DNA from: Bacillota bacterium
Lineage (GTDB): Bacteria; Patescibacteriota; Minisyncoccia; Phycocordibacterales; Phycocordibacteraceae
NCBI GenBank assembly: GCA_050260455.1
Contig: JBLNCF010000017.1
Span: forward strand, 639-64,638
DNA: 64,000 nt
Direction of reading: 5' to 3'
Below, one piece after another: positions 10,113 to 18,291 of this stretch (position 1 is the first letter of the stretch; every line of letters starts with the position of its first letter). A program made the position numbers and the translations under genes. The notes beneath the pieces were generated by a model. That model saw only the letters and a list, made by a program, of their open reading frames with translations. It made no database searches and had not been told where the DNA came from.

Positions 10113-12236
10113 CTATGCCTGAGGCCACGACTCCACCATGAGGAACTCGGACTGCTTGTGCGGATGCGCCTGGTAGATTTCTTCGGTAACGAAGGGCATG
10201 AAGGGGTGAAGGAGCTTCAGACAGTCTTTGAGAATAACAAGGAGAGCTGCGCGACGTGCCTGCTGTGCAGCTGGATCGCCTTCCTTGAATATCGTCTTGG
10301 ATTCCTCAAGAATCTCTGCGGCAAAGCGATCCCAGACGTAGTGATAAAGCTTCTCGGACGCGAGATGGAATCGGTAGTTATCCATGTCGCTGGTCACGTC
10401 GGTGACGACTGCATTGAATTCCGTCACAAGTTCGACATCCGTAGTAGCATCGGATTCCTGTGTCTCTCCTGCGTTGTCGAACACAAAGCGGGCCACGTTC
10501 CAAAGTTTATTAGCGAATTTCTTGTATGCCTCCACTTTCTTGGGGTCGAGATTAAGATCCGTGCCGGGTGTATTGCCCACAACGAGTCCCATGCGCAACG
10601 CGTCGGTCCCATAGAGTGCTGTCACCTCGAGCGGACTGATGACGTTGCCTTTGGACTTACTCATCTTCTGACCTTTTGCGTCACGTACAAGACCATGGAG
10701 ATAGACATTCTTGAACGGCACTTCGCCGGTGCGATAGAGACCGAGCATCGTCATGCGCACCACCCAAAAGAAAAGAATGTCTGCACCTGTCTCCATGACA
10801 GAGGTAGGGTAGAAGGTCTTGAAATCAGGATTCTCGGGGTACCCGAGCGTTGCAAACGGCCACTGTCCTGAAGAGAACCAGGTATCAAAAGTATCAGGGT
10901 CGGGACGAACAGCTCCACCGCAATCGGAACAGGTGGTGATGGTGTCATTGAGATCCACAAAGCCCGTATTACAGGAGTCGCAAAGCTTGGCAGGAATGGG
11001 AATACCCCAGGCGATCTGTCGGGAGATGTTCCAATCCTCAATATTTGAAAGCCAGTGAAGTGCAATGCGTTTGTGGCTCTCTGTGAGTATACGCACCTCG
11101 TCCTTTTCAATAGCTTCTGCTGCAGGCTTTGCAAGCGGTTCCATCTTCACGAACCACTGATCACGGATCTGCGGCTCAATAAGGGTGCTGCACTTGTAGC
11201 AGAGTTGCACCGAGTGCGTGTAGTTTTCATCGGTTCGCACAAGGAGCCCCTTCTCCGCGAGCTTCTCAATGATCTTGGGTCGCGCCTCAAGAATCTTCAT
11301 GCCTTCAAATTCACCGGCAATGGGGAGCAATTTACCGCGGTCATCAATGACCTGTTCGTATTCAAGATGGTGACGCTTGGCGATCTCGAAGTCAGTCTTG
11401 TCATGCCATGGAGTGATCGTCATCACACCAGTTCCCGCCTCCATGTCGACCGCCTCGTCCTTGATGACTGTTGCGGTTACGGGTCCGTTGATCCATTCGA
11501 GTTCCAGTGTGTCGCCCTCCTGGTACTCCGCATACCGAGGGTCATCAGGATGCATCACCACGTACTTGTCACCGAACTTCGTTTCAGGACGAGAGGTACT
11601 GATAACGAACGGGCCGTACTGGAGGTACCAGTACGGTTCCGTGCGTTCGACGTATTCCGTCTCGAGATTGGAAAGGGAAGTCTGATGCTTGGGGCACCAG
11701 TTCACAATACGCGGTGCACGATAGAGGAGACCGTCCTCATCAAGCTTCTTGAATGTCGCGTACACCACTTCAATGATCTCGGGATCGAGCGTGAACTTCT
11801 CACGCGACCAGTCGCAGGAGGCACCCAGCTGGCGAAGCTGCCCTTCCATGAAAGACTTGTTTGCGAGCGTGAAATCCATGATTTCCTGATAGAGCTCTTC
11901 TCGCGTCATTTGGAAACGCGAACGGCCTTCCTTTTCGAGTTTCTTTTCATACACCACCTGGGTCTCAAAGCCTGCATGATCGGCGCCTGGAAGCCAGAGC
12001 GCTTTCTTGCCGCGCATGCGTGCATAGCGAGTCATGATGTCCTCAAGCGTGACGAAGAGGGCATGTCCGGCATGGAGGCTGCCGTTGGCGTTCGGAGGCG
12101 GCATGATGATGGTGAACGGTTCGGTACGATCTCCCGGCAGGTTATCCGGGTTGAAATATCCGCTCTTCTCCCAGGCCTCGTAGATGCGTGACTCGGTAGC
12201 TGCCGGGTCGTACGGCTTCAAGAATTTATCATCCAT
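10113..12236 (-). CDS. valS: Valine--tRNA ligase (short form without C-terminal coiled-coil arm)
   Basis: PPPNANGSLHAGH, DWNISRQ, DTWFSS, KMSKS; start at MDDKFLKPY. Confidence 0.97.
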   Translation of the reverse strand: MDDKFLKPYDPAATESRIYEAWEKSGYFNPDNLPGDRTEPFTIIMPPPNANGSLHAGHALFVTLEDIMTRYARMRGKKALWLPGADHAGFETQVVYEKKLEKEGRSRFQMTREELYQEIMDFTLANKSFMEGQLRQLGASCDWSREKFTLDPEIIEVVYATFKKLDEDGLLYRAPRIVNWCPKHQTSLSNLETEYVERTEPYWYLQYGPFVISTSRPETKFGDKYVVMHPDDPRYAEYQEGDTLELEWINGPVTATVIKDEAVDMEAGTGVMTITPWHDKTDFEIAKRHHLEYEQVIDDRGKLLPIAGEFEGMKILEARPKIIEKLAEKGLLVRTDENYTHSVQLCYKCSTLIEPQIRDQWFVKMEPLAKPAAEAIEKDEVRILTESHKRIALHWLSNIEDWNISRQIAWGIPIPAKLCDSCNTGFVDLNDTITTCSDCGGAVRPDPDTFDTWFSSGQWPFATLGYPENPDFKTFYPTSVMETGADILFFWVVRMTMLGLYRTGEVPFKNVYLHGLVRDAKGQKMSKSKGNVISPLEVTALYGTDALRMGLVVGNTPGTDLNLDPKKVEAYKKFANKLWNVARFVFDNAGETQESDATTDVELVTEFNAVVTDVTSDMDNYRFHLASEKLYHYVWDRFAAEILEESKTIFKEGDPAAQQARRAALLVILKDCLKLLHPFMPFVTEEIYQAHPHKQSEFLMVESWPQA

Positions 12237-12296
12237 GAATAGCGAAACTATACCAGGAATCGGCGAAATTGCTCGCCCTAACGGAGGAGGGGCACC

Positions 12297-12794
12297 GTGC
12301 ACCGCAACCATTACGATGAATACGATGAAATCGATTTGGGTGGCGGGCACATCCTTGAAGTGCGTGGCAGGGTGACCCTCTGCTCCGGTCGTCTGACCAG
12401 TGTCCCGCTTACATTCTTCACCGAGGATCCCGAGGTGGATTCAAGCGAAGCATACCTCGGGATGCTTCTCTCCCGTCCCGGTCACGGGGAGGTTAAACGG
12501 GACACCAAAGCAGAGGCGGGATTCGCCGACGCAGCGTTCTTCGCCGATGGGTGCGAAGTGTATCGCATGCTCGATCGAGCTCGTTTCATCGAACCATGGA
12601 TGATCGGAGAACTTATCTATTCCCAGTGGAGCCTGTCACCGCGTCCGTTGCTCGTCGACCTACCCAACTGGTTCTATCTGGAAGAAGGGCTGGTGTCGGT
12701 CGCGATGCGAAGCGACAAGAAATGGGGTACGGATATCAGGGCGAAAGAAGAAACGATATTCCTCCCCGGGTCACGTCTCTTCGTAGCGCTCTAG
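12297..12794 (+). CDS. Hypothetical protein (orphan)
   Basis: GTG start with GGAGGAGG SD; fills the gap between valS and tsaD; followed by hairpin and T-run. Confidence 0.65.
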   Translation: MHRNHYDEYDEIDLGGGHILEVRGRVTLCSGRLTSVPLTFFTEDPEVDSSEAYLGMLLSRPGHGEVKRDTKAEAGFADAAFFADGCEVYRMLDRARFIEPWMIGELIYSQWSLSPRPLLVDLPNWFYLEEGLVSVAMRSDKKWGTDIRAKEETIFLPGSRLFVAL

Positions 12795-12802
12795 TATCCA
12801 AC

Positions 12803-12834
12803 TCCCGTAGTCCTCGAGACTGCGGGATATTTTT
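12803..12834 (+). terminator. Intrinsic terminator
   Basis: tcccgtagtc-ctcga-gactgcggga followed by tattttt. Confidence 0.6.
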
Positions 12835-14011
12835 ATGCGAGCGAGAGATTGCCGTTGGCGCGAAGTGTCTCTAGGTCTGCGTGTTCTCCACGCAGCATGC
12901 GGTAGAAACCAGCCAGGCCGATCATAACGGCATTGTCGGTCGTAAACTCTCCTGCTGGGATATGGAGCGCAACCTCAGGATGGTTCCGCTCTATCTCTTC
13001 GGTGAATACTCGTCGAATATGGGTGTTGGCCGATACACCGCCGCCGAGCGCCAGTGTTTTTGCACCTGTCATTTCAATAGCCCGAGAAGACTTTGACCAG
13101 AGCACCTCAGCGACCGCGTCCTCGAACTCACGCGCAAGCTGCTCCTTTTCCACTTCAGAAAGGGAACCGCGTTCTTTAAGAAGGTAGAGTACGGCAGTCT
13201 TAAGACCGCTGAAAGAGAAATCGCACGTACTGTCGCCGAGCATAGGACGAGGTAGTGAGAATGGCATCGTGGAAAAGTCCTCTCGATCGCGTTCGGCCAG
13301 TTTCGATATTTCGGGACCACCCGGGTAGGGAAGATCCATCATGCGCGCCACCTTATCAAATGCCTCACCCACGGCGTCGTCGCGCGTCTGCCCCACAAGT
13401 TCATAGGAGAGCCACTCGTTCATGGCGACAAGTTCTGTGTGGCCACCGGAAATAAGAAGACCGAGTACTGGCATACCTACGTGCTCTATGACGATATCGT
13501 CGCCACCTGTACGTTCGGCGAGGGCGGAGAGCAAATGTCCCTCCATGTGATTTACCGCGATAAGCGGTTTCTCCCATACTACAGAGAGTGCTTTGGCGAA
13601 ATTGATACCCACCCAGAGTGCAGGCTCAAGCCCGGGTCCCGCGGTGACGGCAATGGCGTCGATGTCCGGTCGTGCCATCTGCGAGAGCGAAGCGAAGAAT
13701 GCCTCGTCGAGTTCAGGCTCGCGTTCAAGAAGTGTGCTGATACGAGTGGTGAGTTCTTCGGGGAATGCCTGCGTGTCTTCTTTGAGGAGTTCGGCTTCAG
13801 AGAGTGCGGCCTCAAGCAAGGGAACAAGGTTCTTTGCATGCTCGCGCTTCGCGAGTGCAGGAAAGACGCCACCGTATTCGCGATGGATCTCTATCTGTGA
13901 CAAGAGTGCATTACCCAGTATTCGGAAGCGGGCGGACTCTTCGGTACCTTCCGCTTCAATGACCGCAATAGCGGTCTCATCGCACGATGTCTCAATCGAG
14001 AGGAGTCGCAT
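12833..14011 (-). CDS. tsaD: tRNA t6A37 threonylcarbamoyltransferase TsaD
   Basis: LSIETSCDET, HMEGH, LLISGGHT, DDAVGEAFDK, FSFSGLKT, TDNAVMI; start at MRLLSIE. Confidence 0.96.
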   Translation of the reverse strand: MRLLSIETSCDETAIAVIEAEGTEESARFRILGNALLSQIEIHREYGGVFPALAKREHAKNLVPLLEAALSEAELLKEDTQAFPEELTTRISTLLEREPELDEAFFASLSQMARPDIDAIAVTAGPGLEPALWVGINFAKALSVVWEKPLIAVNHMEGHLLSALAERTGGDDIVIEHVGMPVLGLLISGGHTELVAMNEWLSYELVGQTRDDAVGEAFDKVARMMDLPYPGGPEISKLAERDREDFSTMPFSLPRPMLGDSTCDFSFSGLKTAVLYLLKERGSLSEVEKEQLAREFEDAVAEVLWSKSSRAIEMTGAKTLALGGGVSANTHIRRVFTEEIERNHPEVALHIPAGEFTTDNAVMIGLAGFYRMLRGEHADLETLRANGNLSLA

Positions 14012-14849
14012 CGTCAGGAATGGTCGTCCAAGGGAATGGACCGTCGCGAGGAATGAGGAACCCTGCCGCATTGGGGTGCCCATTGCCGCCGTACTTCTGT
14101 GCAATCTTTGCTACATCGATGGAACCGTCACCGCGTATGGACATGCCATAGCCGTCTGGGTGTGCGGACGCGACGAGCGCAAATGGTCCATGTTTCTTAG
14201 CCAGAAGATTGCCGACCAGAGACTTCATCGTCGAATGTGTTGAAGCAAAATATATTTCGTATCCTTCAAAGGATACGAGCTTCGCATGATCGGCTGACAT
14301 GTTTGCGAGAAGCTCAAAGTATTCACGATATGCCTTTGCACGCGAGAGAATGGAAGCGAGCTCTTCAGGAGAGTCCAGTTTCTGTGCTATCGCATCCCAC
14401 GTTGCGAAATCTTGCGGTTGAACTTCAAGATAGGTGATGACTGCTTTTGTGTCTGGAAGAGTGTAGGTAAAGAGATCGTCATCTTGCACGTGCTCAAGAA
14501 GTTTGGGGAGAGGGGTTCCTGGATGGAAGTATTCCCAGGCAATACCGGAGCCCGAGCGTACCGTGTCATAGACGTATTCCGGCATGTTCTTGATCACGTC
14601 CTCCATACCCTCATGGTGGTCGAGCATTGTGAGGGAGGCGGCCGCCTCAACGAAGCGATCCATGATGTCCTGCGGATAGCAAAAATCAACAAAGTATAGG
14701 TTTGCTCCGCGACAGTGTTCCACCGGCGGTTCTTTGGCACGAGATAAAGGAAGGTACTCGACCGAGTCGCCCAATTTCTTCCACGCGGCATACGCGCCAC
14801 CGAACCCGTCCGGGCAGCCTCCGTGATACAGGACTATAGTGCGTTCCAT
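13992..14849 (-). CDS. DHH/DHHA1 family phosphoesterase
   Basis: YHGGCPDGFG, VDF, LDHH, GGNGHPNAAG; start at MERTIVLYH. Confidence 0.88.
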   Translation of the reverse strand: MERTIVLYHGGCPDGFGGAYAAWKKLGDSVEYLPLSRAKEPPVEHCRGANLYFVDFCYPQDIMDRFVEAAASLTMLDHHEGMEDVIKNMPEYVYDTVRSGSGIAWEYFHPGTPLPKLLEHVQDDDLFTYTLPDTKAVITYLEVQPQDFATWDAIAQKLDSPEELASILSRAKAYREYFELLANMSADHAKLVSFEGYEIYFASTHSTMKSLVGNLLAKKHGPFALVASAHPDGYGMSIRGDGSIDVAKIAQKYGGNGHPNAAGFLIPRDGPFPWTTIPDDATPLD

Positions 14850-14935
14850 AGAAAGGTTATAGCGCATTACGGGGGAGGGCGCGAATGAAGTTCGCCGCGG
14901 TCTGGGGGACCGCGGCGAGCTACACGCTGTAGGCT

Positions 14936-15094
14936 TCAGATCGTCCGACGTCGCCAGACGGCAAGAAGCAGGAACACAAGTCCGATGCACAGGAAGCTAA
15001 TGGCCGGAGCGGCCAAAGATCCTATCACCTGATTGAAATGCACGATGGCGCCACTATAGGCCCCATCCACGTACTGTTTGATGTAGTCGAGCAT
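14936..15094 (-). CDS. Small single-TM protein, 52 aa (not in ORF track)
   Basis: MLDYIKQYVDGAYSGAIVHFNQVIGSLAAPAISFLCIGLVFLLLAVWRRRTI, preceded by GGGAGGT SD. Confidence 0.6.
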   Translation of the reverse strand: MLDYIKQYVDGAYSGAIVHFNQVIGSLAAPAISFLCIGLVFLLLAVWRRRTI

Positions 15095-15143
15095 CGCCCA
15101 CCTCCCGTATCGATGCTAGCACCGGAAAGAGAGACCGAACGAG

Positions 15144-15587
15144 TTATGCACCACTTACGATGTCGTTGGTGAATGTCCCCGACAACCAGGAATCAATAAT
15201 GCCGCGTGAAGGTGGAAATGTGGGTTCAGGAATATCGTGCGGGTCGTACCACGTCCAGTTACGCGATTTCTCGGGTTCCGGATTAGTGGGTTCGCCACTG
15301 TTGCAGTCGACCAAGAAACCTATATTTACATAGTGTTTGTCGAACACGCGTTCATTGTTGATGCAAAACATTCTCACGAACGTGAGGTCCGTGAGACCAG
15401 TTTCTTCTGCAACCTCATCGCGAGCTGCTTGTTCAAATGTTTTACCGTATTCGAGATGTCCGCCCGGCGTTTGATACATGCCTGCACCGTGACTCGCGAG
15501 ACGCTCACCAAGGAGGATCTTGCCCTCTTTATTGCGTACGATGATGCCGACGGCTACCAGAGGGCGCTGCTTGGCTTCTTCGCTCAT
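15144..15587 (-). CDS. NUDIX hydrolase
   Basis: PGGHLEYGKTFEQAARDEVAEETGL Nudix box; start at MSEEAK just after tRNA-Val. Confidence 0.9.
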   Translation of the reverse strand: MSEEAKQRPLVAVGIIVRNKEGKILLGERLASHGAGMYQTPGGHLEYGKTFEQAARDEVAEETGLTDLTFVRMFCINNERVFDKHYVNIGFLVDCNSGEPTNPEPEKSRNWTWYDPHDIPEPTFPPSRGIIDSWLSGTFTNDIVSGA

Positions 15588-15589
15588 TG

Positions 15590-15662
15590 TGGACGATAGA
15601 GGACTCGAACCTCTGACCCTTCCCACGTCAAGGGAATGCTCTACCAACTGAGCTAATCGTCC
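15590..15662 (-). tRNA. tRNA-Val(GAC)
   Basis: ggacgat/atcgtcc acceptor, ttccc-tt GAC gt-gggaa. Confidence 0.96.
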
Positions 15663-15704
15663 GTACGTATCGCACAATAGCGTGTCTTGCTCTACTATTC
15701 AACT

Positions 15705-16328
15705 ATGGAAATCGTGCGACTCAATCAGGGAAATCTCGTAGGGGCAGTGCGGTTAGCAGCCGATATTCTTACTCGCGGCGGCATCGTGCTGTATCCCACC
15801 GACACGCTCTATGGCCTTGCGGTGGACGCCACCAATCGATCAGCACTGCAGAAGCTTCGGGAACTTAAAGGACGCGAGAAAAAGAAACCTATATCGGTGG
15901 TGGTGGGAGATATGGCGGGCATCGAGGCTCACGCCGAAATGGATAGTGTGGCTCGCCACTTTGCTAAGCAGCACCTCCCGGGCGCGCTCACCCTCGTCCT
16001 TCCAGGAAAAGAGCATCTACCTGAAGAACTGATGCTTAATGGTGCGATAGGCATTCGGATTCCTGACGATCCATTTGCACTCGCTCTTGCCAGAACCTTC
16101 AACAAGCCGTTCACGGCAACCTCTGCCAACCGCTCGGGACTGCCTACGGCAGCGCATCCCGATGAGATTATCCGGCAGTTTGGTTCTCTCATGCCGTACA
16201 TTGATTTGGTCATCGATGCGGGTGAACGTACGAGTAGTCCTGGCTCGACCGTCATGGCATTCAGGAACGGGGAAGCAGTCATACTGCGGGAAGGCATCAT
16301 CCCCCGCGAGAAACTCCTCGGCATATGA
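15705..16328 (+). CDS. tsaC: Threonylcarbamoyl-AMP synthase (TsaC/YrdC)
   Basis: YPTDTLYGL, KGR, PGALT, IGIRIP, ATSANRSG. Confidence 0.92.
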   Translation: MEIVRLNQGNLVGAVRLAADILTRGGIVLYPTDTLYGLAVDATNRSALQKLRELKGREKKKPISVVVGDMAGIEAHAEMDSVARHFAKQHLPGALTLVLPGKEHLPEELMLNGAIGIRIPDDPFALALARTFNKPFTATSANRSGLPTAAHPDEIIRQFGSLMPYIDLVIDAGERTSSPGSTVMAFRNGEAVILREGIIPREKLLGI

Positions 16329-16726
16329 TCAAACGACTCGTCGCTATTTTCCTTCTCGCATTCGGAACCAACTACATCTGGGAGCACCTCCACTCCGTGT
16401 TGTATGCACACTACAAGGGAGGTCCCATCACTGAGTTCATCTTGGCGCGTGCCACGCTTGCCGACGCGGTCCTCATCACACTCATCTCCATGCCGTTTCT
16501 GTTACGTGAACGTCTCGCGAAGCGTTCCTGGCTCATCATCATTATCGGCATAGTGGTGAGCATCGGCATTGAAGAACATGCGCTTACAACAGGGAGGTGG
16601 GCGTACACCGCCGTCATGCCGGTCATTCCGCTTCTGCATACTGGACTGACACCCACGATACAGATAGGTCTTCTCGGGTATTTCTGCTATCTCCTCACCG
16701 TTCGAATATTTAAACAGAGTGAATAA
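16325..16726 (+). CDS. Hypothetical membrane protein
   Basis: About 4 TM segments; NYIWE, GRWAY, GLTP motifs; ATGA overlap with tsaC. Confidence 0.75.
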   Translation: MIKRLVAIFLLAFGTNYIWEHLHSVLYAHYKGGPITEFILARATLADAVLITLISMPFLLRERLAKRSWLIIIIGIVVSIGIEEHALTTGRWAYTAVMPVIPLLHTGLTPTIQIGLLGYFCYLLTVRIFKQSE

Positions 16727-16738
16727 CACACAAAGACT

Positions 16739-17182
16739 ATGAATATCCCTACACTCGATCGCCACACAAAGGCAGCCATACAGCACACCCTTCATTGTCT
16801 CGCAGGCTGTTCTATTGGTGAGGTGCTGGGCATGGTGGTCTCCACACTGCTCAATTGGTCTAATGCAGCGAGTATCCTCGTTTCTATTGTGCTCGCGTTC
16901 TTCTTCGGATACTTACTTACCTCATGGTCGCTCTACCGGAATGGCCTGTCGTTTGGGAAGGCTGTTCGTGCCGCAGTGGCTACAGACACCACATCGATAA
17001 TTTCTATGGAAGCGGTAGACAACCTATTCATTCTGTTAGTGCCCGGCGCACTGAACGCGACGCTGGACACCTCACTGTTTTGGCTCAGCCTGGCAGCATC
17101 TCTGGTGGTGGCCTTTATTATTACTGTCCCGGTTAACCGCTGGTTTATTGCGCGTAATCCGCACGCTCATCACCATCACTAA
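16739..17182 (+). CDS. DUF4396 membrane protein with His tail
   Basis: TLHCLAGCSIGEVLG, SMEAVDN, PVNRW, HAHHHH. Confidence 0.85.
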   Translation: MNIPTLDRHTKAAIQHTLHCLAGCSIGEVLGMVVSTLLNWSNAASILVSIVLAFFFGYLLTSWSLYRNGLSFGKAVRAAVATDTTSIISMEAVDNLFILLVPGALNATLDTSLFWLSLAASLVVAFIITVPVNRWFIARNPHAHHHH

Positions 17183-17511
17183 AGGGTGGATACAGAAAGC
17201 CGCGACGGTACATCGCGGCAACACTGGATAGTATGTTTGTGCTCGTTTACGAGGGCACGCTCGCGAGTCGAGTTTCTTGTTTAAGGCGGAAGAAACCCTC
17301 ACCCTCAAAACCTCTCGCCGTTTTTGCCAGGGGAAGGCCCTGGCCCCCTTTCGGCCTTGACCTACACTCCCTATTCCCAAGCCAGTGCCTTGTGAATAGG
17401 GCGGGTCGCGAAAGCTCTTTCCCAAGTCAAATCGTATCACCGCCGGGTGGATCAAATCAAATTGGGAACCCTGTTGGTCCCAGGCGTAATTCTATGTATG
17501 AAAAGCAATTC

Positions 17512-17519
17512 GGTGACCC
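17512..17519 (+). repeat. Left att core (GGTGACCC)
   Basis: Identical to 23669-23676; flanked by arm CCAAATTAGT complementary (9/10) to 23661-23670. Confidence 0.8.
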
Positions 17520-17611
17520 AAATTAGTGGTAATTGGAACTCTCTCGTTTCAGAGCTTAATTCCTGGCTTATATTCGGCCGCTCTCTCGAACGAGAGCTGG
17601 AGCTCGTGTAA
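17513..17611 (+). other. Detached alternative C-terminal coding segment of the recombinase
   Basis: Reads VT-QISGNWNSLVSELNSWLIFGRSLERELELV-stop in the same register across the core as the recombinase (…KLVT). Confidence 0.7.
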
Positions 17612-17634
17612 ATACTGCCTTTAAGGACTAGAAA

Positions 17635-18282
17635 CTAAGGGCTATCAGTATCCGGCGGAAATTTATAATCGTTAATTTCACCTGCCACAAACCTGTCTAG
17701 GTATTCTTCCTTTTTGCGATCAAAGTACTGAATCTTTTCCATCGTGTGCTTGCCCTCACGGAGCGGTTCTTTTGTGTAGTTATCGAGAATATATCCGTGC
17801 CCCGGTTCTGGATTGAGCATAGTAAAGAGCTCCGACAGATCTTCTAGCAAAGATTCTACTTCATCATACTGAACTGGAAATCGTTGTAGAAGCTTACTTG
17901 GATCCGCAAGGTGCTCAGCGTTTAAATGTGCAAGCTGATGATCACGCAGACGAGCTATGCTGGTAATAACTCGCTCATGCTTTTTTAGTAATGTCTCTGC
18001 TCGCTCACGCCTAGACGGATCGGGATGATGTTTTAATAGTGCTTGAACCGAAATCACTTGACCGCGCTCGCTAAAGTTTGATTTCTCAAAACACTTTGCC
18101 AAACTTAAAAGCCACTCATTCTGTAGTGCTAGTAGGGTTGCACTCCAGAAGTAATTTGCTTTGTGATATATAGGCTCATAATCCTTATTTTGGAGAGACT
18201 TCCATGAATAGAAAGTGGCACTTGCGCCGAGGAGGTTGCTATATAGCTGGTCGAATCTTTTTTTATATTCATTAACTTCCAT
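17635..18282 (-). CDS. HEPN-domain protein, AbiU2-like (putative RNase)
   Basis: Helical 215 aa; LSLAKCFE…IS segment and RDHQLAH Rx5H HEPN-type motif; starts 9 nt after the HerA stop. Confidence 0.7.
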   Translation of the reverse strand: MEVNEYKKRFDQLYSNLLGASATFYSWKSLQNKDYEPIYHKANYFWSATLLALQNEWLLSLAKCFEKSNFSERGQVISVQALLKHHPDPSRRERAETLLKKHERVITSIARLRDHQLAHLNAEHLADPSKLLQRFPVQYDEVESLLEDLSELFTMLNPEPGHGYILDNYTKEPLREGKHTMEKIQYFDRKKEEYLDRFVAGEINDYKFPPDTDSP

Positions 18283-18291
18283 TTTAATAAT

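Noticed and set aside
17233-17526. 97-aa ORF (and 17072-17455 on the - strand) at the island edge
   Set aside because: No start signal or motif; the region is better explained as structured non-coding DNA
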